Assembly: GCF_009914755.1 (NCBI RefSeq)
Contig: NC_060935.1
Length of the DNA stretch: 64,000 nucleotides
DNA from: the human T2T-CHM13v2.0 reference genome, Homo sapiens
Reading direction: 5' to 3' (one strand)
Under the pieces are notes generated by a model that saw only the letters and a program-made list of their open reading frames with translations, was not told where the DNA came from and searched no databases. Below are positions 12,201 to 25,860 of the stretch, in pieces. Position 1 is the first letter of the stretch, and each line of letters opens with the position of its first letter. Both the position numbers and the translations under genes were made by a program.

Positions 12201-13112
12201 TAGACTTTTCTGTGTAGTCCCTTAAGGATTTCCTTTAGTACAAAGGTATAATCAGACAGGAAGGTGTAGATTTGGGGCTTTTTGCTTTCTACGTACCACA
12301 TTCTACACATTGACTGTAGCTTCACAGCTGTCTTAAAATGGAAACTAGAATGTGGAAGAGAGATAAATGAGCCTACATTGGGAGGCATATCAGAAATATT
12401 TTGTTAGTTACACTTGTATATACATAGATGATTATTTCGAATTGCATGGTAGGAATTCAATGACGACAGAAATACACTGTCTCTCCCTTTGCTTGCCAAA
12501 GTATGAACCCTTAATTCAGTAGGAACTAAGTTAAAAGCTTAGTTCCTGTGATTAATGTTGTAGTCTCCTGGCAAGCACCCTTGAGAAAGATCACAACTGC
12601 CAGCAGTCTTTGCACCTCCATATGGATCAGCCTTTTTTAGGGATCCCCTGATGGAAAGGAGAGGAGGAAGTGCAGGTCACTCAGTTCCAAAAAGGAGGAA
12701 AGAACAAAGAAAGGAGAGGCAGAGAAAGGCTCACTTCTCTACCTTTGCCTTGTGGAAAAAGCTTCCCTGGGACAGCCTTCCCACACCCACCATCACAAGT
12801 TTTCCTGTTGGGAGGTGCATAAAAGATTATGATCTACAAGTGGAAATTGGCCATGCTGTGTGGCAGGATTATTTTCAGGGTCTACCTTGGTTAGTTCTGT
12901 TCTTAAAGTTTTAGGTAGTTTCATTTCTTTGTCCCAGGGAAACTGTCCTATTACTGACAGTTGTCAATCAGCCTACAGTCCTTGCTGTTTGACCACATTC
13001 TGATAACTAATTAGCTAATCCTTGCTTGATCACTGACTAGGTGTCATTGACTGATACATATATCTAGTTGAAGAGATAATCCCTTTGAACACCTCATCTC
13101 TAATGTTGAGAG

Positions 13113-13400
13113 TTTATTCAGTCAACAGATATTTATTGTGAGCCAACTATATGTCAGGAATCATTTTGTCCCAGAAATGCAACAGTAAACAATGTAAGCA
13201 AATGTCCTGGCCTCATGGGGGTTTCTTCTAGTGGAGAGAGACAATAAACAAAATACTTAAGTAAGTTCTGGAGTACATTACAGAGAGAAAAGTGCTGTGA
13301 AGACAAAGCAGGGAAGGAGGGGGTATGGATTTTAAATAGGGTAGTTAGAGACAGCCTCTGATATTTGAGCAAAGACTTGAGGAAGCCATGCACATGTGAG
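13113..13400 (-). mobile_element. L2 3' end fragment
   Basis: TTATTCAGTCAACAGATATTTATTG...ACTATATGTCAGG matches the reverse complement of the L2 3' terminus. Confidence 0.7.
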
Positions 13401-13689
13401 GTTTAATTGAATAAAAATTGTTTGTATAGAAGAATTTTTGAAAACTAATTTCATCCAGGCTCCTAATTTTATAAATGAGCAAACTGAACTTTGGTAAAAA
13501 GAAGGCAAAAATACTTATGCTTATGGAACATTGTGTCAGGTACTGATACTCCCAAAGTAGAAAGGAGTGATGAAATCTGCTGGTACTTTGAGTAGTTTGT
13601 AGTGTAATTAACCAATAAATTTTAATTTGATTCAAATGTGGTAATAAATGTGTGAAAAAGTACTTCGAAGCACAAAGAAGTAACAACTA

Positions 13690-14300
13690 AGTCTATCTGG
13701 GAAGGTTAGGAAAAGGTTTCCCATATTTTAGTTGGGTTTTGAGGGATAAGCAGCAATTCACCAAAATAAGAAAAAGCATTTGAGGCAGAAGAAAAAGCAC
13801 ATACAAAAACACAGAGGTATGAGTATTCTGTATATTTACACAAGTGTTATGCTGTTCATACTGGGATTGTCAAAAGAGAAATCTGAAAAGTAAAAGTAAG
13901 CCAGATCATTAAGGGCTCTGCAAGGGCAGCTTTTAAAGATATGCCTTTTCTGTTGTTGGTGAGGAATTAGTGAGAAATTTTGAATATAGAGTTGAGTTAT
14001 AGATTTGGGTTTATTATAGACTACTCTGGGGGAGGATCACTGTATGGAAGAGATAGATGGTGATTAAGACACGAATTGAAGCAGCTGCAATAATCCTGTG
14101 ACAAATGATGAGGGTTTGAACCAATGGAGATAGGGATGAAAAATAAGGGCATATTAAAGTGCATGTTAGGTTACGGAACTGATGGGGTTGGTGATTCATA
14201 GATGCATGGTGTGAGGGAAAAGAGCAAAAAGGGGAGGAAAGGGCAGAGAATAGATTTATGCTTTCTATTTTGTGGCTCAGAGTAACCCCAGTTGGGTGCT
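13690..14300 (-). mobile_element. Degenerate L2 fragment
   Basis: Purine-rich sequence with L2-like motifs (GCAGCTGCAATAATCCTGTGACAAATGATGAGGG). Confidence 0.45.
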
Positions 14301-14769
14301 GCTTATCTGTCATGACTTGGTGACAAAGTTAATAAAAGGGAGTTCAAAGGAAGCTTCTGGGCTTTGCTGGCACAGCCTTTGATGAGTTTGTCCCCAGACC
14401 ACGTTCAGAATGTGGTGAAGCCTAGCACTATGGAGCAGTCTGCAATTTGCCGTGTGAGCTTCAAGAAGCAGCACTGTCACCATCTTGTAGTTCCTGGTAA
14501 CTGCTACTCATAGTCTGTCATGTTGAAGGAGTGCTCCATATGTCTGGAAGTGTGTGTTCTGACATTAGCTGCTAGGCCATTTGTTGTAATTCTGAGGCAT
14601 GCCTGCATAGAATCATGACATTACACAGGATCTAGTATAAACCTCACTTTACTCTTTTGGAATAAAGTGATTGGATAGGACCCCATTGACAGGAATAAGA
14701 ATCAATATGCTGCTGAGAAGGAACCCATGGTGTTGAAGATGTTGAAAAGACAACACAGTCAGTAACGTG

Positions 14770-14910
14770 GAGAAATGGCCTGGGTTCAAATCTTGGCTCT
14801 GACACTTGGTAGGTATGAGACCTTGGAGAAGTTTCTGAACCTCTCCATGCTTCAGTTTTATGAAGGTTTATTGTGTGGTTTAAATTAGAAAACATGCAAA
14901 TATCTAACAA
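14770..14910 (+). mobile_element. MIR
   Basis: CCTGGGTTCAAATCTTGGCTCTG...ACCTTGG...AACCTCTC...CTTCAGTTT MIR core. Confidence 0.75.
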
Positions 14911-15039
14911 TAGTGGGCAATGAGTGTACGGTAGTCCCTGTTCTGGCTTCTTTTGTGAGGAATGGTTGGGGAAGGGCAGGAGTAATTTTCTGGTAGATTA
15001 TTAATAGCAAACTCATGTTCTTTGTGCTCTAATGTCACA

Positions 15040-15112
15040 TTCTAATCTCTAGCAAGGTGCCTGGCACGTAGCAGTTGTTTAGTAAAGATGCTGAATAAAC
15101 AAGTGAATAAAT
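15040..15112 (+). mobile_element. L2 3' end
   Basis: CTAGCAAGGTGCCTGGCACGTAG...TGCTGAATAAACAAGTGAATAAATG. Confidence 0.65.
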
Positions 15113-17249
15113 GGATTGTAATCCTATGGACATATCCCTGATAAAGTACTCTGGTACTACTGTAAAAGGAGTCTTGCCAGAATCACTCCAGCAAAAGAAA
15201 GGCAAAAAACAACAGTATATTTGTAAGTCATCCGTTTCACTTGACTTCTGGATGGCATTAAGAGTGGCATCATTGGGATCTTTGGCATTGTTCAATAATC
15301 TATATCTTCAAGGAATTGTTTGGCAGATGCAGCATTTCTCCCCTAGCCTGCTTCTCTACACTCTGCTTGGCTGAATAGCCCAACAAAGCTTGCTTTTGGG
15401 ACCCAAGCCGTAATACTTTTCATAGCCAGTACAGGAGCAGTGAGTCAGCCATAGGAACTGAAGCCAAATGGACATGTGTTGAAGGAAAAGGATCAGGTAA
15501 TCCATCAGTCACCTGGCATTTGCTCAAGTCTTCCGCACTGAGGGAGATGCTAAAGAAGGCAGGGTTCCTTCTCTCAAAGAGTTTATGACTCAGTTAGGGA
15601 TAAAAGACTTTCAGAATGAAATAATACAAGAAAACCAAGGTAAAATGGCAATTAGAAATAAAAATAAGCCCACACTGAGTGAACACAAACTGATCATTGA
15701 TGATGCAATCTTCTTTTATTCTCATGTCTAGAATGGGAGCCCTAAGATTCTACTTACTTGTAGACAGAGAAATTCGCATCTGACAGCAGGATTTGAAGTT
15801 GAGGCAAGGAAAGGTCCAGGTTCTGTTCCTTCTGACTGGAAAGCATGTCACTGTCTCTCACTGGTTATGAAAACAACAAGCTTCTGGTAGAATTGCCACA
15901 ATGCATCATTCCTCTTTTTAATCCTTCCACCTACCCCAGGGCACTCATATAGTCTCCAAACTGCCCAGTGTACTGCTCTGTGACCCACTCCCACTTGAAG
16001 GGCTGCCCTCTTATATTTAGGTTCATTATCTCTCTCTGAACATTCAAAATGAAAGTGTGCCCCTGTCATAGTAGCACCTGTGACCTACTCCTTATCTTCT
16101 CAGGACCATACTCTTTGCAACATTGAGCATGCATATTTGGCATTAATCCGCAATAGTGACTCAATGATTTAAGATAATTCTCATTTTCACAGAAGCCTCC
16201 AACACCTTAGGCAGGAGGAGATATTTTGGGGCACAGCTTTGGTTGCAGGAGGGTTGATGTGAGTACCCTTCCAATTCAATCAAGGGAATGACTATTCCCT
16301 GCTTAACTCTGCCTTTAGCAGCCAAGACCCAGGACATTTAAGACCTACAGAGTTCTCAGGTCCTGAAAAAAATGTAGCTCCCCAATCTATCCCTGCCATG
16401 TGATTTAATATGAAAACGATATAAAAACTGAACAATAAGGAGGTACATGACTAATAATGTTTTAATCTTAACCATGGCAATTATTTTAATGCCTTGTTAA
16501 AATAAGTTTTTATATTTTTCATGCTCAGTTTGCCTGATGGAAAACCTAGCTAGCATCAAACAGACCTTATGGAGTGACTTGGAAGCCTAGTGTTGCCTTT
16601 AGAAGATCTGATGGCTCATATTATCACTGAGGGACTGGGTGTGGAAAGTTTACCAACCAACCCTCTGAAGCTGCTGAGCTCAGCCCGAAGGAAGGGATAT
16701 TGCTGGCTTCACATTAACGTGGTCCCTACTGTGCAAGACCACAGGGTCTTTGCAGGCCTGTTTGACACTGATTTCTACACACTTTCATTCGGGTTTGAGG
16801 GCCACCTTGGCTATGTGGACCATGAAAAGAAGCTCATTCCTGCAGTCCCTAATCAGTAGGCTTTTTGCCTCTTTGGAGGCCCGAGCTTCTCAGCAACTAT
16901 TCCAAAGCAATCAGTCATCACTGAATTAGACTGCCTCTGGGTCACACCACCTGTTGGGCCTTCGGTGGAGTCTGCTCAGCCTTCACTATTTTTCCAGGAA
17001 GCCATCTGTACAAGATTTTTTTAAAAAGTTAGGGGCTCCAGGAAGGCCCTGTTTCAACACAGCAGAGAATGATAGACATTTGTTCTTTTTCTTTATTAAA
17101 AAAGAAAAGCATCAGCATTATTTTTAAAAAGGGACATTTTAGCACATATTATGAACTCTCTTATCCAGACACAAGGCGGGTGCCCTTGTTTACACCTTTT
17201 CTGTATCCAGCTAAAACATCTCACTTAACATTCAGAGTAAACTTTCAGG

Positions 17250-17385
17250 GTTTATTATTCCCATTTTATAGATAAAGAACTGAAGCTCATGGAGATTAAG
17301 TAATTTCCCAGGTCATCCATCTAATAAGTGACTGAGTGTGGATTGAATTATAGTTTGCCTAACTCTAAAGCCTCTGCTCTTTCTT
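17250..17385 (-). mobile_element. MIR
   Basis: CCCATTTTATAGATAAAGAACTGAAGCTC...TAAGTAATTTCCCAGGTCA. Confidence 0.7.
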
Positions 17386-17634
17386 CTCCATGTTACCAGA
17401 CAAAAACACCATCCCTGTTACTTTTTCTTATCAATTTCAAATAAATTATTTCCATGAAACTGTCTAAGCACCCCTTAAAACTCACGTTTAAAACAAAAAA
17501 CAAAGCACAACAACAATGTATGTAGCTGTCAAGAGAACTTCTTCTAGAGATATAGTACAGGGACCCATTCATATGAGAATCTGAGAGGAGAACAGAAAAG
17601 GGAAGGAAGATTGTCAAACCTACTAAATCTATAG

Positions 17635-17750
17635 GTTACTTGGGCTTGATCCAATACTTAGTGAATCTGAATCTCTAGAGGCAGGTCTCAGGAACTTGTA
17701 TCTTTATCAAATTTCCCAAGTGATGCCAATACAAACTGAAACCACTGTTC
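17635..17750. mobile_element. MER5-like hAT-Charlie fragment
   Basis: GAATCTGAATCTCTAG...CCCAAGTGAT...GAAACCACTG terminal motif. Confidence 0.5.
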
Positions 17751-18964
17751 CAGAGGGATGCCTGAAGAGGAAGAATGAGGATCTGGGGAAAAATTTCTGT
17801 ACATTTTCTCAAGATTTGAATGGGAAACGGCTGTTTTTCAGGACTCTATGGAGTGCCATCCAGTGCAATGCTCTTTAACTATTTTTTTGTTATTGTGGAA
17901 AAGAGATGTTGTTTCTCTCTGCGCTTCCATGTAGCAATGGAATTGAATGGAATGACCTAGCTTTTTCAGGTCTGTTCCTTTTTGTTGGTATGAAGGAAAC
18001 AACAACAAAAAATCTCATGTCCCTCAAATCTTCCTGTAAGAGTCAATAGATCTGGCAAGGTCTCTCCTTCCAAAGACAAGTAAATGGAATTATGCAGATT
18101 GGATTGGCAAAGTAATGACTCCTGAAAAAAACCCAAAATCCACAGCCACCCACCAAATTGCATAAAAATGGAGCTGTGGCCCAGAGACAATACATTGCAG
18201 TCCCACATGCAGTTAAATAAAATGCTGCCAATACAGCTGCTGGTATATCACTGTAGCCTATAAAATAATCATTTACTTTTTCAGGACTGAAGAAGGTCAT
18301 ATACTTTATCAGAGTACTGTAAATATTATTCTTTTTTAAGAAGCCAAATATAAAGGAAAGGGGAAAAATCAAATAAGGCTTAAGAAGGTAGGGCCATAGC
18401 TATCATGTGTTTGAATCAGAGATTTGAACTTTATTATTTAGAAAATGATGTAAATCAGATGATTAGAGACATTTCACTATCATCGAATAACATAAGCTTC
18501 CAAAATGATGCTAGGAACATTACATTTATTATTTTTTTTTCACTCTTCACAAAATTCTGTGGGGTAGGGATTGTCCTCACCCGTGTTTTGCTGATGAGGA
18601 AACTAGGTGGAGTGAAGGTAAACTACTTGTCTGTAGCCACAAGGGAAGGGCTCTGGCCCTGGAGCCCAGTACTGAGCTGCCACTTCATGTATCTCTATTC
18701 TGGGAGATACATTCTATTCTTGCATTATGTCTGCTCTTCCCTTGTTTCTTTGCTAACATCAGAGCTATGCCTGCTCCAAAATGCTATATTTTTCTCTGTG
18801 GTTGGCTGCCTTTGTGAATGCTGACTCTAACCAACCTCTCTTGCCACCATTGAAAATGGCCTATAGCAAGGAGTTCAAAATCCTTCCTAGTTCACTTACC
18901 CTACTTGTCCTTACTTTCTGATGGAGAATGAGCTCACCAGGTGGCAGATGACCCATTGCTGAAT

Positions 18965-19190
18965 TGCAGTAGAATATGATTAAGAGCATTAGGTCTAGAG
19001 TTAGACTACCTGGGTTTGAAACCCCACTTCCATTACCTACTAGCTGTGCGAAAATGATTTGGGGCAAGTTACTTAGCCTCTCTACTCCTCAGTCTCCTAA
19101 TCTGTAAAACAGGGAGGAGAGTAAAAAGATAATGAATAAATATATGCTTATAACTGTGATTAGCACAAAGTAAATGCTCAACCTATGTTG
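18965..19190 (+). mobile_element. MIR
   Basis: TAGACTACCTGGGTTTGAA...GGGCAAGTTACTTAGCCTCTCT...CTCAGTCTCCTAATCTGTAAAA. Confidence 0.75.
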
Positions 19191-19324
19191 TAGTTGTGTT
19201 TTTTTGTTGTTAAATATTAGTAATTAGAAACTTTGAGCCCAGCTATGTGTTAATGTGTAACAATACCCAAACAATTCACAACAAAAGAAACATAAAGAAA
19301 CTTTCAGTGACAAAACAAGAAGAA

Positions 19325-19550
19325 ATTCAGTGGCTAAGAGTGTGGACTCCAAAGCCACACCACCTGTCTTCAAATCCTAGCTTGTCCCTCACTAGCTGTG
19401 TGACTTTGGGTGACTTGCATAACTTCTCTGTGCTTCAATTTTCCAATTTGAAAATAGTGAAATAGGAATGTTATGAAGACTGAAAACAAGTTAACATTTC
19501 CAAATGCTTATAAAAGGCCTGTTACATAGTAAGAACTGCCTAGGTGTTTA
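19325..19550 (+). mobile_element. MIR
   Basis: GTGGCTAAGAGTGTGGACT...TACTAGCTGTGTGACTTTGGG. Confidence 0.7.
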
Positions 19551-20114
19551 TTGATAACAAATTTAAACAATACTGATAAAGCCCTTTCTTGAAATGGTGG
19601 AGTTTCTAACCACCTCTTATATGTATATGGCCACTATAGCTTTGCCAGGTGTTAAAGCCCAAATTGCTGGTGAATTCTGGTAATGAGCTAAACTCAATTT
19701 ACACACACCAATTTTTAGCAACCCTTAAGTTAAAGGCCTCAGTGGCTTACTCAGTCATTTATAAAACTCACATCATAAAAATTGATTTATCATAAGAACT
19801 GAAAAAAGGACTTGCATTTTTGGATCATTTTTCCGACCATCAAGAAAACTCTTGTAGCCCACTGTAAGCCACAGATGACATGTTGAGAAATTTGGGTCTG
19901 TGTAAACTTCCCCTGACAGTGTGAAAATTTCCCTCCCCTCCCTGGGAAACATGCAAGAAGGGCAGCAGCATACACAAGCACTCACTGATGGACACTTGGC
20001 ACTGCTGTGGCAACTCCGACAAGAACATCCTTCAACAATGTTTCATGCCAGTTAAATGCCCAGTGGAGCTGAGCGTTTGTGTGAGCACCTCTCCAGGACA
20101 CAGAAGGAAGTATT

Positions 20115-20610
20115 TGCAGTGCCAAGTGCTTAGACTTTGGAGTCAGTCAGGCCTGTATTAATTCCTGCTCCATCCCTCACCAGCCATGGGACTTGGAGCA
20201 ATCCACTCAGATTCTCTGACTTTCTCACCCTTAAAATAGGGAAAATAATACCTACTTACAAAATAACTTTGATAAAGCTAACTTTGATACAATTATTTTT
20301 GTTAAAAAATGTATGCAGTGCATCTAATACAGCAACTGAAATACAGATTATGTTTCCTCCCGTCAACAATGATAGCTACCACTTATTGTATAATTGCTAA
20401 GCACCCAGGCACTGTGTTAGGCACTTAGGATGCATTATTTTCTTTCCTTTCCATGAGGTCCTATGAGACAGGTTCTACTAGTTCCTTTTCCTATAGATGG
20501 GGAAACTTATGTTAGGCAAGGGTAAAAATCTTACCTAAAGTCACACGGCTAGAGGCATGTAGATGCATGGTTTGCTACTGGGTTTGTCTGATTCCAAACT
20601 CATGCACTTC
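20115..20610. mobile_element. Two MIR fragments (+ at ~20115-20270, - at ~20370-20610)
   Basis: TTGGAGTCAG...AAAATAGGGAAAATAATACCTAC, and CCAGGCACTGTGTTAGGCAC...ATAGATGGGGAAAC. Confidence 0.6.
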
Positions 20611-21899
20611 CTCATCCCTTTTAGGCTACCTTCCCCCCATCATCCCCCATATTTTGTTAATTCCTTTAGCCCTTCAAAGGCAACCACAGGACATCAGAGA
20701 TGACCTACTCTTAAAGTAACTATATAAACTACAATATTAGTTATCCAAAAATGTAGCCCAGGTTACTTGTTCATCCTCAGGACATTAATAAAGTTCAAGG
20801 CAGCTGGGCGTAAGTAGATCAAAGCCAGGCAGCAAACCTGATCGACCCTGTTGGATGCAGTTTATCTTCCAAAGGATAATACATTTGGGGGCCTGACCTT
20901 CAGCTCTCCTTATCTTGTGGTTTTTGAAATAACTTGTTTCAGAAACGGTAGGCTGAGTTTTACTATCCACAACTGGTTTGGAGGAATACCATTGGCTTAG
21001 TCTGAGATTTCTCATTAAAGCTTTAGCACAAGATCAACACTAATATTTTCATTCATTTTCTCGCAGAATGAGGTCTCCAAACACCCTCCAATATCTCACT
21101 AGGCATGTTAGCACTTCCTTGATTTCTAATTGCTTCTTTTTCTATTAGTAAATCCATGGAAGGCTGATGGGCCTCCAACTTAATATACCTGGCTATTCAG
21201 TGAAGCATTGCTTTTATAGTTTTACAAGAGTGGCTCATTCAAGCAGGGAATCTTCTTAGGAAATGGGTTTCACCTACCCTAGCTTAGGAGGGATACACAA
21301 ATAAAACAGCAGCAATTCTAACGCCAATAATATGGGCAATGTTCCCTAATGGGCTTCAGGATGTAAGCCATTTTTCTTGCCCTTGAAACCAGGATTAAAT
21401 TGGCATGCACAGAACACACACTGGCACATGTCTAATTCTGTGGGATTTTTTGCGTTTCTGGTTAAGAATACCTTTGTGCAGAAATGAGAATCTTTTCTTC
21501 CAAATGGTCTGAGGATATTTAGCCTCCCACTCTGGAGGTAGGTAGATATTACTGCCATTTTAAAGAGATGATCTTAGGAATGGTAGATATGCTACCAAGT
21601 ATGGATCATCACTTGATATCCTAATAGTCTACCACTTCTGTCCCCATTAAATGGGTCCAATACATCCATACAAGCTGGGTGCATATTTCTCAGCAGCAAT
21701 GCTCTTCAGATTGCTTCAGGCCAACTTCCACTGACTTGTTCTGCTCTTTCTCACTTGGCCCTTCCTTCTGTTCACAACACACTCCATGTTGGCCACATGC
21801 TATGGCTCCTGCTCGCCCTTCTAACCTTTGAATACATGACCCTAAAGTTCTAGTTTTGTTACCTATGGCCGATGCTGTCAGTTCCTCTCCACATCCCCT

Positions 21900-22252
21900 T
21901 GACATTTGTATTCTTTACGTGTGGATGCCTCTTACTGAAAGCACCATAGCTCTGCCTGAGCAAGTTCTTAGACTGCAGGAGCGTGCTGAGCTTCCTCCCA
22001 TAGTAAGCAGAAGTCCCAGGGAGTTAACATCCCCACAAAGAAACCATCACCAATGACAGATTGGTGGGTAAAACCTCCAGCTTCTTTGCCCCTAGAATAA
22101 ACCAATTCTGAGACGTGTTTTATACAGTCTCCCCAAGATTCTCCTTGACTCAATTTCCCCTCCCTTACTGGTACTTCCTGGAATTTTCTTCTAGATAAAT
22201 TTTACTTAAGTCCTTATCTCAGCTCCTGCTTCTTGGGGTACTCAACCTACAA
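21900..22252 (+). mobile_element. MLT1-type MaLR LTR
   Basis: 3' end CCTTATCTCAGCTCCTGCTTCTTGGGGTACTCAACCTACAATA resembles MLT1I/J termini. Confidence 0.55.
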
Positions 22253-22263
22253 TACCATGCCAG

Positions 22264-22628
<365 letters not shown>

Positions 22629-22884
22629 TGAGACCCAGGGTAAGAGATACCCAGCCCTCAAGTCCTACCATAGTCCTGTGAGAAATGCCCCAGTCAGACC
22701 TCATCTTCACCCAGGATCCTCTAGGCAGGAGGATCTTGAGATGTTACAATTAACTAAATTGATGTGGAATTTCGTTATTTATGCAAGTGAATATGTTAAG
22801 TAGGCAGTTTGTGAGGAACTTTCCCAAATTACCTGGTCATTTCAGCAATCATTTTTGCAAAAAAATGGCTTGGCATGGAGAGAA

Positions 22885-23140
22885 AATACAATGTCATGGT
22901 TAAGAGCCAGGGCTCTGTAGTCACATAGAACTGGATTCAAATTTTGATTCTGACTCTTGTCACCTGTGTTATCTCAGGGCAGAGTAACTAACCTTTCTGG
23001 GTCACAGTTTCTTTATCTACAAAATAGGAATGATAATAATAGAACCTATCTCAGAGAATTATTATAAAACTTAAATTCTATAATACTAAAACCCTTATTA
23101 TAGAGGCTAGCAAATTGTACATATTCACTGCATATTAGAA
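22885..23140 (+). mobile_element. MIR
   Basis: TGGTTAAGAGC...CTGGATTCAAAT...CAGTTTCTTTATCTACAAAATAGGAATGATAATA. Confidence 0.75.
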
Positions 23141-23329
23141 ATCATTATTCCCTGAGGTATAATATACCATAACATGTCCAAAGGCATAAAATAGGTCATT
23201 ACTATGCCCTACTTTTAAAAAGAGAAATGTCTTTCAGCATAAACACACAAAATAAAAGATTTCCTGCTACCTAGTAAATGAATCTTGGGTCGGGGGAGCA
23301 AAATAGAATCCCTTTGGATTAATGCATCA

Positions 23330-23765
23330 CTCCTTATTTTAGGTTTGGTGCCCTGTAAGCAGAGCCTGACATGGCATTGTTATGCAAGTGATTTATTGCA
23401 GGAGAGTGCTCAAGTGAAACCTCAGAGAAAGAAGCTAAGCAAAGATGCCCATTCAGCTGTGCCTAGAACAAGCCTAATCCTTAATCCCAGGGAGCTCTAG
23501 AGTATGAATGGCTTACAGAGTTATTCCACCTTGAGGCAAAGGGCAGCCCCTTTGTGTCTCATATTAATCCATCTCTGTGAGTGGCACACCTCCAGGGGGA
23601 AGGTACACCCTTCCAGATATTTCCAGGGTAGGTGGCTTCCATTTGCTGAGGATGAGTATCAGCAGAAGGGTCCAGCTGCGACCTCTTAGCAGCTAACACT
23701 CCGTGCAGCTGAGAGAAGGACACCTTGCTTGGTAAAGAGAATCTAAGTGGGAATTTCATAGCACT
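23330..23765 (-). mobile_element. MLT1-type MaLR LTR
   Basis: TTAGGTTTG...AAGCAGAGCCTGACATGG...TGCAAGTGATTTATTG is typical of a reversed MLT1 U5 end. Confidence 0.6.
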
Positions 23766-24865
23766 CCTCTATTTCCATAAGATGTATAGGATACGGTTAA
23801 TTTCAAAATTCTACAGTCATTTGTGCTTTGATAGTTAGAACAAAACTCTACCAATGTTCATTCTGCTTCTTGATCAATTGGTAACACCAGTAGGCTGTTT
23901 CTTCCCTCACCAGCTCCCAAGAGTGTGACTTCTTGTTGGACATAGTGGTCATAGGCTATTATCAAGGCATATTTGTATAGATATCTCTTCCTTTGGTATC
24001 TCCTATAACTTCCTACTAATTTTGAGGATTCTGAACTTGCTCTCAGATCTCATTTGGTCAGTATTTCTGCATCAGGAAAAGTCTTAAGGTGAGAAGGAAA
24101 TTCCACTGTCTTGTGGGTTTATGTGAAACCTACCAGCCTGTTTTTAGACAGACTGCCTATATTGCACAGCAACATATTTTGGGTTCAGGAACTAAAATCT
24201 TGTTTGAACACACCTAATTATCTTTCTAAAAAGCTATTTTCTAGTAATCCCCTTTATACCCGTGGCTACACTCTGTTTACTTATGGCTAACAGAGTTGGT
24301 GAGCAAAATGGGGTAGTTGGAGAACAATGGATATCGAATTAGGAAGCTTTAGTGTGAGTTCTGGTTCATCACTTAGCAGCTGTGTGAGCCTGAGTCAGTC
24401 ATTTTTCTATTGGCTCTCAGTTATCTTTTTTAATAAAATTGGTTCACACTGCCTGCCTTGGGCCCCTCACAGGGTCATTGTATGATCAAGTAAGAAAACA
24501 TACTAAATGGCCTTATAAAACATTGTCCCATGGTAAATTATTAACATTATTGTTCTTGTAATTGTTAGTATACCTTTGACTGTCTCTAGTCTTATGATTT
24601 TGGTTGATGTGTGGTATAGCCCAAAATAATTACCTATAAGAATACCCGTGAAAGCCAGAGCAGTTGCTCTACCTTTGCCCAAGCATCTATTCTTAGCTGT
24701 ACGGTGGCCCATTTTCCTCTACCTCTGACATCCCAATAATTCCTCTGGGGTTACAGAGGCAGATATTTTCTCAGGCTCTACAATAGACTCACTAAAGAAA
24801 GACCAATGGAGAGATTCGACAAGATGATTGTCTGAGGTCCAGTTACCTAAAGTCTTTTTTCGCTG

Positions 24866-25860
24866 AAGAAACTACCATCAGAGCGAACAGGCAACCTACA
24901 GAATGGGAGAAAATTTTTGCAATCTACCCATCTGACAAAGGGCTAATATCCAGAATCTACAAAGAACTCAAACAAATTTACAAGAAAAAATCAAACAACC
25001 CCATCAAAAGTGGGCAAAGGATATGAACAGACACTTCTCAAAAGAAGATATTTATGCATCCAACAGACACATGAAAAAATGCTCATCATCACTGGCCATC
25101 AGAGAAATGCAAATCAAAACCACAATGAGACACCATCTGACACAAGTTAGAATGGTGATCATTAAAAAGTCAGGAAACAACAGGTGCTGGAGAGGACGTG
25201 GAGAAATAGGAACACTTTTACACTGTTGGTGGGGGTGTAAACTAGCTCAACCATTGTGGAAGACAGTGTGGTGATTCCTCAAGGATCTAGAACTAGAAAT
25301 ACCATTTGACCTAGCGATCCTGTTACTGCGTATATACCCAAAGGATTATAAATCATGCTGCTATAAAGACACATGCACACATATGTTTATTGCAGCACTA
25401 TTCACAATAGCAAAGACTTGGAACCAACCCAAATGTCCATCAGTGATAGACTGGATTAAGAAAATGTGGCACATGTACACCATGGAACACTAAGCAGCCA
25501 TAAAAAAGGGTGAGTTCATGTCCTTTGTAGGGACATGGATGAAGCTGGAAACCATCATTCCGAGCAAACCATCACAAAGACAGAAAACCAAACACCACAT
25601 GTTCTCACTCACAGGTGGGAATTGAACAATGAGAACACTTAGACACAGGGTGGGGAACATCACACACCAGGGCCTGTCATGGGGTGGGGGCTGGGGGAGG
25701 GATAGCATTAGGAGAAATACCTAAATGACAAGTTAATGGGTGCAGCACACCAACATGGCACATGTATACATATGTAACAAACCTGCACGTTGTGTACACG
25801 TACCCCAGAACTTAAAGTGTTAAAAAAAAAATAGGGAAAAAATTGCGAAAAAAAAAAAAA
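24866..25860 (+). mobile_element. 5'-truncated L1PA (~1 kb; ORF2 C-terminus, 3'UTR, poly-A)
   Basis: ORF 25023-25274 is the L1 ORF2 CCHC region ([14 protein letters not shown]); G-rich 3'UTR; A-tail. Confidence 0.95.

Noticed and set aside
18405-18824. 139-aa ORF
   Set aside because: Overlaps MIR-like sequence; composition typical of random AT-rich translation.
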